From contig JAQFVV010000003.1 of assembly GCA_028023455.1 (NCBI GenBank), forward strand, positions 13,454,001-13,487,000: 33,000 nucleotides of DNA, written 5' to 3'. A program made the translations under genes and the position numbers. The stretch's first letter is position 1. Every line of letters starts with the position of its first letter. The stretch comes from Epiperipatus broadwayi (taxonomy: Eukaryota; Animalia; Onychophora). Positions 1-11,027 of this stretch are shown piece after piece. The notes below the pieces were generated by a model. It did no database searches and was not told where the DNA came from. It worked only from the letters and a program-made list of their open reading frames with translations.

Positions 1-581
1 ACATACAAAAAAAACAACAACCCCCCAGATAAATAAAAAAGCATCCTTCTTTTTCAAAATTATATTCAAAATTGTTTTGTTCAAGGATAATTAAACCGTA
101 GTTGATTTATCTCCTTTATTAACTCTGCCTTTATTCTAATAAAATATCTATACATTCCTAATATTCTCAATTACATTATTAGTTGACACCAGTAACAATG
201 TCATATGATTCTGTTATATGCTTACTCAAATGCTTTAAAGAGCAGTTAATGTAATTTATTTTTCTCTCTCTCATGTGTCATGGTATCAGCCGAGAAGCGA
301 ACCCGCTAATTCAGGACAACTGTTTAATTCAGGACAACTGTTTGTAAAGCAGCCGTCACTGACCTCTCGAGTCATAAACAGCTTCACTAATGAAAGTAAA
401 AAAACAGAAACTTGTTTATCACCTGGGGACCATTTATTACTCAAGTTTACAGTAAATGGTTCTAAAATTGAGTGATAATAACTGCTCTATATAACTAAAT
501 ATAATATAAACCTCTTTAAAGTTTTATCTTACACAACTCTCTGCCTTTCAGGCACTGAGAAAGAAAGACTGGTTTTTTAAC

Positions 582-944
582 AAAAAAAAAAAAAAATCCC
601 CCCCCCCTTTCTTTGGTGGTGGGCGCCCCCCCTCTCTTCTAAATGGTGGAGGAGAGTTTTTATTTGTAAATTTTAAAAAAAATTTATTTTTATTTGGGGT
701 TTTTTAATAATTAAAAAAAAAAAAAAAAGTGTATGTTTTTGTTTTTTTTGTTATAGAAAATAGGAGAGAGGAATAAGTGTGGGGTAAAGAAGGAAATTTT
801 TTTTTTTTTTTTTAAGAAAAATAATAGAAAAAAAAAAAGAAAAAAAAAAAAAAAAATTTTAAAATTTTTTTTATAATATCAAATTTTATTATAGTAAAAT
901 AATAAAAATAAAAAAAAATAAAAAAAAAAAAAAAAAAAAAAAAC
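582..944. other. Homopolymer-dominated low-complexity tract, probably low-quality or unpolished sequence
   Basis: Abrupt switch to consecutive A, T, C and G runs (for example A15-C10, T17, about A24) unlike the rest of the window, with normal composition resuming near 945. Confidence 0.6.
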
Positions 945-1339
945 ATGTTTTTAAGAACTTAATTATGTATCTTGTTCATTGGATTACTGACTTCATTATT
1001 ATTCAGTCTCTTTCTCTAATAGGTAAAGAGAAATATTTTTTTAAAATTCTTTAACTGAAATACATCATGGATACCCTAGATTTCAACATTTTTAATTTTT
1101 CAATACATAATTCTATAAAATCTATTAAGCCTAAACTTGAATTTATTTTTATTTAATCTTTCTTAATAACCAAGATATCAAATAGTGAATTTTTTATAAT
1201 TATACTTAAATATATCTACTTTATCTTAGTATTCCAACTACTTTAAGCCTGATCTTAACAGATGTTGTAGCAATAAATGTCAAAGTAAAGGGATTTATAA
1301 ATTTTAAAAAGGAAACCCATATTCAATGTTTGTAAGTCA

Positions 1340-2220
1340 TAATCCCTTATTAAAGGGACTCTCTGCAGATTTATGATGAACAATTCAAAACATAAACTGC
1401 ATAGAAAACAACAGAGATTTTAATGCAAGTGTTGGTAGTTTATAAGAAATAATGATATTACTGTTGCATACTTAAATGGTCTGTTAATATTGAATTTTTG
1501 CATAACACATTGATGACTATTGAATACTTTGTTTAATCAAAAAAAAAATTCACAATAAAGGAACTTTGATGCATCCACATTCAAAACAAGACATTGAAAC
1601 AACACATCTAGTAGACTATATTAGAGTTAGAAATCATAATTCAAAAAACTTTCATATAATATGTGATTTACAAGTGCTGAACAGATCAGAAATTAATATA
1701 CTCCAAGTTAAAATGAAAATTGCATTAAAAATAGTTTATATTCCAATTATTTTTTTAGGGAATTTGGTATTTATTCTTTAGAAGCATCTACTATGCATAT
1801 TATATTTCAGTAGCTATTAAACACCCATATTGCTAATTTGGACTTTTAGGAATGTCATTTTACTGAGGTAATGGAAGTATCTATAGCTGCATATAATTAA
1901 TTCCATTAGTGATTTGATTATTAGAAAATGTGGCATTTCTGCTTGGCAAAACAATAAATTGAATATGAGTGGACTTTCATAATCAATATAGAAATTTAAA
2001 TGCAGAAGTTCAACTATTAACAACAACAAAAAAATTAAAAATAATTGGATTAAAACTGCAAAGATTATAGACATTTAATTTTGATTCCATGAAAATAACA
2101 TATGAATTTAAAAGGTAATTGCATAATCCTATTTAAATCTATTAATAATGCTCTTTTATATGTTAATAATGATATTTCTTGCTAGGTGGAGGAAATATTT
2201 TGATCAATTTTTGAATAATG
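1340..2220 (+). mobile_element. Decayed RTE-clade LINE fragment (APE endonuclease C-half plus linker)
   Basis: Fragments read across frameshifts: RDFNASVG (1413-1436, cf. GDFNAxVG); NGLLILNFCITH...NTLF; MHPHSKQ...HLVDYIRVR (ORF 1566, cf. RTE WMHPRSKxWHLIDY); ARWRKYFDQFLN (2181-2216, cf. RWREHFxxLLN). Many stops and frameshifts. Confidence 0.85.
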
Positions 2221-5200
2221 ATATAGGATTGAAATGAGGACGTTTAATGATGTATTCATTCTACTTATTAATTTAGAAAAACTATAAAAGAGACTTACAG
2301 TTATCAATCTCTTTATAATTTATTAATTGAACCTATATGTAATTGAACCTATATGTTTTAAAATGCACTATAGTTATGGAAATGTTATCAAGACCCAAAA
2401 TATTAAATATTAATGAGGAATATCATTTTTAATTTAAGTAACTTATCAAAAAAAATTGTAGAAAATTAGTGAAAAATAGGATTGTAATTAATGAAAAACT
2501 GATTTACTTATTATTATTTTCAGATTTTCATTTTTTGTAGGTTGTATTTGTTTTTTGTGTGTATGGGTGTGTGCATTAGATTCCAAACTTGATCTTGATC
2601 ATAAGTGGATTATTTATTTAATAAATTAAATTGTTCTTATTATGTGATATCTGTGATTGATTTTTGATTGTAGACATAGAAAGTAGGAAAAAATGAAGTG
2701 AAATGAATTTTCATTAACATTCTTGTCTTTTTTTTTTTAAATGGATGCATTCATCAATAAATGGCACCTGCTTTAGCTGATAATTAACAGTATCAATAGG
2801 ATCCATTTGCTCAGACCATATTGGACTAAATGGAAAGCAGGGTAAAAGTTATCTACACAATTATACAGTTATTTTCGATGTCTTTATAGGCAGATTCAAT
2901 TGACTAAATATAGAGGGAAATGTTACGTTCTGATTTTTAATTCATTGACTGATAAAAAATATAATAATATATTAATTTCACTAATATTATTCAAAGACGA
3001 TTCAATTACATTGAGATCCAGATTAGTGGATTGTTTTTCTATAACTTTTTGTTTTTTTAAGAACCCAAGTGAACCTTTAAATTAGTGCTTAAAGTTAAGG
3101 CTAAGAAAGATTTTGATTTTTTTTTTTTTTTGTACTTCCGCTATCAGTTATTCAACACAACATATGAACCGTAAAAATTATTTTCTTTCTTAACTCCAGG
3201 AAAGAATTTATTGAGTACTTCATATTTATTTCTTTTTAAATTAAATAACTCACTAAGGTAAAAGAGTCAAAAGTGTTTTACTCGCACAAAACTGTATCTA
3301 TAGACCATAACCGAAAGTGATAATAATATATGTTGTTTGACATTTGTTGTATTTAAAAAATATATTAGACACAATTTATACAGTATATTTTTCTATATGT
3401 AAGTTCTTTACCTGAAAGCAGAACGGATTATCCAGGTAAAAAATATTGCAGTAAAGTAATAATACTTGATCATCATCGATGGCAATAGGTTACTGCTTGC
3501 TGTTTTTTAAATGTAACTTATTTTGATTTAACAACTTAAAGCTATAACATAAACTTTAATAAGCTCGCCACATCATTCAGATATATATTATAATTTAGGC
3601 ATAGTATATCAACAAAAAATAAATTAGAATAAATGTTTGATTTAATTAGTGATTATTTCAGCCAGTGATCTTGGCATAACACGTTTTATATACAAAAAAG
3701 TATGTATGTGAATTCGAATTTTGGATAGTTATTGGAGACACTACAATGTAGAAGGGTAACGACTTATATATATAAACTATAAATGCACAAACTATTGTCT
3801 AATAGAAAAGGATAAACAGCCTAAAAATAACTCACTGCCCAACATATATAAAATAATTATTAACAGCAGGTACTTTATAAATATGTAATTTATAGTATTC
3901 GATTTAATAGGAATAGTTTTAGTTGAATCACTTTTTTTGTTATATATATTATATGTCAATAAAATTATCTATCTATCTACTCATTGACGAATCTATTCTA
4001 AGTGAAACGGATTTTTATTCTGTAACTAATAATTGGTACGATAAATGAATATATTATACAGTTAACACCTGTTTCATTATACTTATGCACAAAATTTTGA
4101 CCTCGGGGACTTCAAATTTGAAGTTACATGGATAAAACTTCATAAATATGAAATTAGTTTAGCATACAATAGTGATTTATATGGAAATTCTTTTATGGTT
4201 ATATCAAATCCGGTTAATGTAATAAGATAAGATCTATATAAAGCATATATAGTATTAAAAAAATCATAATTTCTAAGTACAAAAGAATTATAATTAATAA
4301 ACCATTATAAACGATATCTTTTAAAAACAGTCTATTATTGAATATTTTTATTTGTGGAAAATATATTTGAGGTAGGAAGCCAACTATTCCCCTCTTCCCT
4401 CTTCAATTATCAATTTATTTATTATACGGCATGGTATACATAAGTGCATTTATTATTTAATATAAGGATGTTTGGGTTCGTATGTTAATTTCTAAATCAT
4501 TAATCCTTTAATTATAATAGCGTTCGGAGAATCCTATGATTAAATTACAAAATATTTACATGAAAATTGTAGTAAAAAGATAAAAGCAGAGACTTTAGAA
4601 ATCCTGTTTCAGTCATTAATTAATTTCCTTGTCAAACAGAAACCACAATATTTTTTTGGCTTTTCAAAATCACACGACATATAGATTTGAGATATTTATT
4701 TAGTAAACTTGTATTATACATACTGTATATGTGGTCACATGTTTGCATATATATACATGCATGTGTGTGTATGTTTTCCATGTACATAAATAGTGGTGAC
4801 ATGGATTATTTATTAGGTACCGATACTATAAATGTTAAGTTCTCCGCCCAAAGACAGATAAAGATAATAAGGCAAAGGATATTAAAAGTAAGTAACATGT
4901 AATCAATATGTGATAATAGGCTTAGGCTGCATAATATTACAATCATCCTTTTATATTTTGCATCATCACGTATTTGTTTAAGCCAGATTAACATGAGCTC
5001 ATTAAAAAGTAGCTAAGAATAGCTAGATATCCATTTATCAATCAATAAAAGAAATCTGGATGGATTATGTATTGGCTACCTACCTGAAAAAACTCTTAAA
5101 TTTGTCTATGATCTAAAGAATATAAGGTCTTACCCAAACCCACAGATCTATAACATTTTTAAATCATTGATCATTATTTCCTTACATATGATAAATTTTT

Positions 5201-5246
5201 AAATCATTAAAATAGGTCTATTAATTCTTAAGAGGGACTGCCCAGA

Positions 5247-5304
5247 GTAATTTATCACAGTGGTAGAATGGAATAATCTAGAGCTCAAAATTTATGGATT
5301 ATAG
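5247..5304 (+). repeat. tRNA-derived SINE head fragment (shared with 20213-20289)
   Basis: 44 of 58 nt identical, ungapped, to the reverse complement of 20232-20289; contains A-box-like CAGTGGTAGA. Confidence 0.6.
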
Positions 5305-6017
5305 CTTTTCTCGATTACTTTGGAACTCAAACTTCTTATGAACTCCTAAACAATAAGTCATTATTTATGGAAAGGCCTCGTGCAAAGGAATGAGATTCAA
5401 ATCCAGGTTGTCGTTAGATTGTTTTTTTTTTTAAAAAAATAACTAAAACCATATCATTTAGTTTCTGATAATTGTCAGTAAGTGGATATTCAGCTATTTT
5501 AGAACGTAATTTAGTTGAAAAAATATCAAAAACATTTCTACTGAATATACCCTTCACTACTAAGTAAAATTATTGCTATAAAATATTTACTATACACACA
5601 ATACACATATAACTTTTAATTATAGTTAACTTACAGTAAGCAATATTCTGTTTTCTAATAAAAGTTATAATATTCACAAAAGTGCAACATTATACAGTAA
5701 ATGTTACACATATACGAGCTTAAAAAAGTCCAGAGGTCATTTAAAAACTAAAAGTTCATGAGCCCAAGTATTGCAGGAAAATTGCAGAATTCTGATAATA
5801 TGAGTGAACGACTCAACTTTGTTTTTGTGAAGCATGCATTATTAAATCATTATATATATATATTGTCTTAATATCTTTGTTTTGCATAGTAAAACTTATT
5901 TAGAAAAAGTAAAAAATAAATGAACATAATTCTGTTGAGAATAGCAGGTGCAAAATAAGCTAAATATACATTAATTTATATTATTAACATAGTAAGTATT
6001 TTATAAGATTATATTAT

Positions 6018-6322
6018 GGTAATGTTGGATGCGCTGTACTGTGCCAGTATACGACGCTTCAGTGCCCATCAAGAAGCACACAATCGATATATTTCTTTCA
6101 AAGAAATCGTTCAAAAGATATAAATTAAAAAAAAAATACATAAAATAAATTAATCGCTGGGGGGGGGGGGTATTTTATGTTACCGATTTCCATGTGTGTG
6201 TGTACTTTTTTAATATTTACGTATTTTGAGCAATTTCTTCGAAAGAAATTTATTGACTGCATGTTATTTAATGGGCACTGAAACACTGTCTACTGGCACA
6301 GTATGGTGCACCCAACAATACC
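6018..6322. mobile_element. MITE / fold-back element with ~100-110 bp terminal inverted repeats
   Basis: 6018-6118 aligns without gaps to the reverse complement of 6222-6322 (about 78 of 101 by eye, mostly transitions). Ends are GGTAATGTTGG...CCAACAATACC, flanked on both sides by TAT (6015-6017, 6323-6325). No ORF inside. Confidence 0.85.
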
Positions 6323-6339
6323 TATGTTATAATACTGAA

Positions 6340-6480
6340 GGGACTTGTAGTACAATGGTAGCACATTTGGAAAACTGATCAGATTCTCACTATCTGTGAA
6401 GCATAGTAATTACTTCACTCTCTTTCACTGGTTCTCCATGAGAACTGTTGGAGAAGTCTTTGCCACACTGATGATTTAAA
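6340..6480 (+). repeat. Possible decayed tRNA-derived SINE
   Basis: Starts GGGACTTGTAGTACAATGGTAGCAC, resembling a tRNA 5' half with A box; no clear B box. Confidence 0.35.
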
Positions 6481-7204
6481 TTTTTAATAAATGAATGAAT
6501 AATTTATTTCTTTATTCTCTTTCTTTAATTTAAGTCACACAAATCATTATGAATCAGAAAAGTTTTCTGACATCTAACACATCATTTATTCTATATTCAG
6601 AGATTTTTTGGGTTATCAACTACTCAAAACATCTAAGGAGTCTCTAGTTATAGAATCAAATGTTTATTGTGTCAGAATTGGTAGTCGGTGAACATTTTGA
6701 ATATGAAACGATTTGAAAATATTTGAGATGGTGATAGTTAAATTAAATGATTTAAATAAACATAACAGTAAAATGATATATAAAAATCCATCTGAAGTTG
6801 AGTTTTGCCAAATTTTCATAAATTTCTAAAATTATATGTATTATTTTAAAACAAATAAGATTAAGTATAAACAAATAATTATTGTCTTTTTATTTATTTA
6901 TTTATTAATTATAAGGTTTGCTTTTTAAACTCTAATTATAATTATCACTAGTTATTCCCAATTAGTTAATCTTGTGCTTGTAAAATTTAGTGTAATATTT
7001 TCATAAATACAAACACAAACAGAAAGCAACATCAGGAGGTTGCTTATTTTTTCAGGTGAATGATTAATTAGGTGAGAAACAAGTGCCGGCTAAGTGTAGA
7101 GTGCAAAAGACCAAGAGCCATCCTATTCTCTAGCATTTAAAAGAGAAGTCAGCCTGACAGAATCATGATAAAAGATAATAGGCTTTTGATAATATGATCT
7201 GTAA

Positions 7205-7845
7205 ATTGGTACTTACATATTAGTCCAGATGTGATAAAAGTCATCAGCATAAACAAATGTGTATATAGAGACTGAATTAAACACATTTGCAATCTTATAA
7301 AAAAGAAGTGAATTAATGTTGTAAGTGAATATTAGATAATATTCTAATGTGGAGAAAACTATTAGTCAAAATGTTGGTTTTGCTACTAATTTTACAGCCA
7401 AACAATGGAGAATAGCCATTTATAACAAAATGTGATTTGAGGAAAGAAAGGTTCAGTCCACAGTAGTGATGCTAAGAAACAACATTTTGTAAATGGACAG
7501 AATTGCATGGTTAAATATATGTATACTGTTTTTGGTTTGGTTACCACTTTAAATAAATTTAGATTGTTAAAAATTTACTTGTCGGAAGATCATTTCTCAC
7601 AAAAAATCTAGATGCATGTTTGTTTAATTTCCACTAAATAAAGTTATAGATGTTCATTTTTCAAAATAAAAAATATTTATAAGTTTACATGGTGGAAGAT
7701 AATTTCATACAAAAAATATAAAAGCATGTTAATAGACATTTATATCATTTCCAGTAAATAAGGTTATAGATCATTTTTCAAATAAATATTGCTGGACTAA
7801 TACGTATGTGAAATCTCACTGCCAGACTAATATGTAAGTACCAAT
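7205..7845. mobile_element. Non-autonomous inverted-repeat element (MITE-like)
   Basis: Perfect 21-bp inverted repeat ATTGGTACTTACATATTAGTC (7205-7225) / GACTAATATGTAAGTACCAAT (7825-7845), a further partial subterminal copy near 7792-7809 and an internal ~50-bp direct repeat (about 7628-7678 and 7748-7790). No TSD identified. Confidence 0.55.
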
Positions 7846-8287
7846 CTGATGCAATCATTGACACTTTATATCATTTTTGAAATAATGACAAGGTAAAGTC
7901 AATTGCAACACTATTTTCTTTCTGGTTTAATGTCTAAATCCACTGAAATCATCATTTCTAGAATTTTAATTGAAAGCTGCACAAAATTTTCTACAAAAGA
8001 TTACCGAGAAAGAAAAATTTCTACTAATTATTTATTTTAAATTCTAAAATCCAGCTAAAAAATTTATCAACAAGAGAAATTTAACCAATAAGAAAAAAAT
8101 ATATTATAAACTGACATATCATTAAAATCAAGTTCGAAGACTCAATTGATAGAAATATTTGTATATTAATCTTTTATGACTAACTCATTTCTATATATTT
8201 ATTTATTAATAACCTAGTGAAATATATAAATAATTTATTAATTTTTTTAATTATTATTTTATCCAAACAATCTTTACTAAATTAAAC

Positions 8288-8570
8288 TTTGAACTCAGAC
8301 TTTCACACGGCCCTCAACAATCCATGCTATCTCATACCGCTGATACTCTTGATCACACACATGTTGAAAAGATAAGTAATCACCAATTTCATGCTAACCC
8401 AGCACTCACCAGTTGGTCCAGATTATCATCTCCACCCATATATACAATCAAAGCTCGGCTTTTATTAAAATAGCCAATCTTCATACTTTAATGGACAGGC
8501 TTCAAACCACTCCACTTCACAACTCTTCAGCCATCTATTTCATTGAAAATCTGATGATGAAATGCTCAAA
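8288..8570 (-). mobile_element. Hammerhead-bearing dispersed repeat, copy A (near full length; core damaged)
   Basis: Collinear with copy E (31944-32250) over ~280 bp. Minus strand 8382-8417 reads ACCAA CUGGUGA GUGCU GGGUU AGCAU GAAA UUGGU: A6 changed to G and the stem III segment deleted. Confidence 0.85.
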
Positions 8571-8712
8571 GCTCACCTTGATATATTACATATAGAAGTG
8601 CAGGTATGAAAAAGCCTGTACTGTAGAAAAAATTCATATTTTTAAATTATACTTTGTAATTTAATACATTGTACTGGCTTACACACACCTGCACATATAA
8701 TGTAATATATCA

Positions 8713-8911
8713 GGGATTCGAACTCAGACTTTTACATGACCCTCAACTCTCCAAGCCATCTCATATTGCTGACCCACCTGATCACACACATGTTGAAAAG
8801 ATAAATAATCACCAATATACGTATTTCATGCTAAACCAGCAATCGTCAATTGGTCCAGATTACTATCTCCACACATATATACAATCAGTGCTCAGTTTTT
8901 ATATTAAGATA
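8713..8911 (-). mobile_element. Hammerhead-bearing dispersed repeat, copy B
   Basis: Minus strand 8811-8854 reads ACCAA UUGACGA UUGCU GGUUU AGCAU GAAA UACGUA UA UUGGU; keeps the palindromic UACGUA and the best B-box-like motif (GAGTTCGAATCCC), but C3 is changed to U. Confidence 0.85.
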
Positions 8912-9311
8912 TTTATATCAAATGATTGTTACAGATATTGACTCATTTTATTTTAGTAATTTATATGTAATAATGTAAAAGTTCAGCGAGTCATATCAAA
9001 ATTAATGATTGGATCATAGTTTGTTCTAGTGAAGATATATAGTTTAAAATGTAGAATTTACATAATGTTCTTGTATATTTATAAGATAAATTATATATCA
9101 TTTGTTATTATTTTATTAGGTAATTAATTAAACATTATTTTACTTAACTTTTCAGCATTTATCATTCCAAAAATCTTGGTTATACTTATGTTCCTGTTTC
9201 ATGCTTCTAAACTGGATTCAACAAACAGAATTTGTAATGTATACATTTTCTACATTGCATGAGAGTGATGTAGTGAAAGTTATTGAGTAGTTAACAAAAT
9301 ATGGAATTTAA

Positions 9312-9362
9312 ATAGTGATACCTCACACTTAAAGGGCAAAGGTTGTTCACAAAATACATGCA
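9312..9362 (+). mobile_element. Possible Gypsy-type integrase zinc-finger (H2C2) fragment
   Basis: Translates IVIPHT*RAKVVHKIHA, resembling the xVIPxxLRxxVLxxxH motif of Ty3/Gypsy pol. Very short and no other LTR element parts found. Confidence 0.35.
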
Positions 9363-9859
9363 TAGTGAGAGAGGATAGTTGAGTTTCTGTGCTGGTGCAT
9401 AGTTGTGACATGAAAGGATTGAGATGAGGGATATACTAATAAAAAACAAACAATTTAAATATATATATATATATAGGGAATGCCTAGTTGGTAATTTACT
9501 TTATTCCCCAATCAGATTTATAAAGTTGTGAAGCCCTAAAAACAGACTATTTTATTTCTGTATTGTAAAATAAAATTAATTTGATAATAATTATAAAAGA
9601 TAAATAGGCTATTAACCCTATTATATTCAGAGATACAAGCCAACTTCTTACAAGTCACATTTTATTACATAAATTGTCAGTCTAATATGAGGTTTCATGA
9701 ATGATTAATGCTTTCTGTTACATTGTATAAGCATGCACAACATGCATCAAATGCAAATATTGGATAATAATTTGCTTTTTTTCAGCATATCTTTTATTTT
9801 CATAGCATAGATAAACTACAGTTCTTATATTCTTAATAATTTTAAGTATTTTTTATTTT

Positions 9860-10140
9860 GATAGCCTTTTCATGTTTCAAATGTACTTATACCCAAGTAT
9901 ATACATACTTAATATGTAATGTCATAAATCCCCACTTCACTTTAGTCATTTTTTCTAACATACATTAATCTACTAATTCACATTTTTCTTTTTCTTTCAC
10001 AATTTTTAGTTCTTTATATAATATCTTCATTAATTCTCTTCTATTTTCTGAATCATATACACAATTTCTCTTTTCATTCAAACTTTCATTTTAAATATTT
10101 GATATATCTAAACTGCATTGAAATTAGGGAAAACAACTTT
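9860..10140 (-). mobile_element. Possible highly decayed LINE RT/thumb fragment
   Basis: Purine-rich minus strand with ...KMTKVK... followed by CIYLGI (plus 9888-9905), resembling the KTKxM...YLG thumb motifs. Confidence 0.3.
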
Positions 10141-11027
10141 CATTGTGAATTAAAATATAAATTAAAATAAATATTTGAAATAAAAGCCTCAGCTTTAGAG
10201 GATGTAATAATCTATCAAATTAGTTTTAAACAAATTATTTAAATCATTAAAACCAGCTGAATTCTATAAGGTTTTTAAATTATTATTATTAAAAAAAGAA
10301 ATAAACATCACATGATGTTTTGCCTGTTTTAAAAAAGAAATAGTGACCAACAAAATTTATAATTCTTTACAACATATAAGGTATTGTGCTGTAACAACTA
10401 GTATCAGTGAAAGACCATTACATAGGTGCAAGAAGTGAATGCTTGGAGTCTCTGAAAGTTAATAGCTTCAAAACGAGGTACACCTGCAATAGTAAGCAAA
10501 GATACCAACTTTATTTAGATAATTTATCATTCACCAAATAATAAATGGTGTAGTAAAAATTTGTAATGCTTGATAACTGACCAATAACATTTTTTTGACC
10601 ATTTGTGCATTTACATACCCACTATTCAGTCACATAAGTGTGATTGATCTTCTATTAAAATTTGAAAATTACAAACTGTTCAAATGAATAAAAAAGTTCT
10701 TAACTGCTTGCTGTTAGATGGGATTGATATTTTAAAATCTTTTTTTTTTTTTGGGGGGGGGGGTAAAAAATGTTACAGCATGAAATAACTACTCATGCAC
10801 TATTTTATTGTTATGTTATATATAGTAAACACTATTTATTGTAATCACTAGATATTAGAATCAACAGTAAGAATTCATCCAAAACAGTAAAATCCATTGT
10901 ATTTTAATTAATTACAAGAATGATACCAATGAATATTGAAAACAATTTAAAGTAAAATTCAATTGATTTTATTTTACTATTTTTATTTCAACTTTCTTAG
11001 TATTTTTTAAATTTTTATTTAGCCTTG

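Noticed and set aside
281-292. TGGTATCAG after CA, resembling a tRNA-Met(i) primer-binding site of an LTR element
   Set aside because: Only 9 nt match TGGTATCAGAGC, and no LTR pair or gag/pol follows.
1817-2074. 85-aa hydrophobic ORF on minus
   Set aside because: Antisense shadow of the RTE relic in AT-rich DNA.
2740-2850. Short open frames with AG/GT boundaries (LIINSINRIHLLRPYWTKWKA on plus; NFYPAFHLVQYGLSKW on minus)
   Set aside because: No recognisable homology and no second exon to link; expected by chance.
7020-7056. Minus-strand CUGA followed by a 7-bp hairpin (AAGCAAC/GUUGCUU), hammerhead-like
   Set aside because: G8 is missing and there is no GAAA after the hairpin; cannot be called a ribozyme.
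8413-8941. ORFs 8413-8595 and 8669-8941
   Set aside because: They are antisense readings of hammerhead repeat copies A and B and the frames are not conserved between copies.
9612-9620. TTAACCCT, piggyBac-like end
   Set aside because: No matching AGGGTTAA end found in the window.
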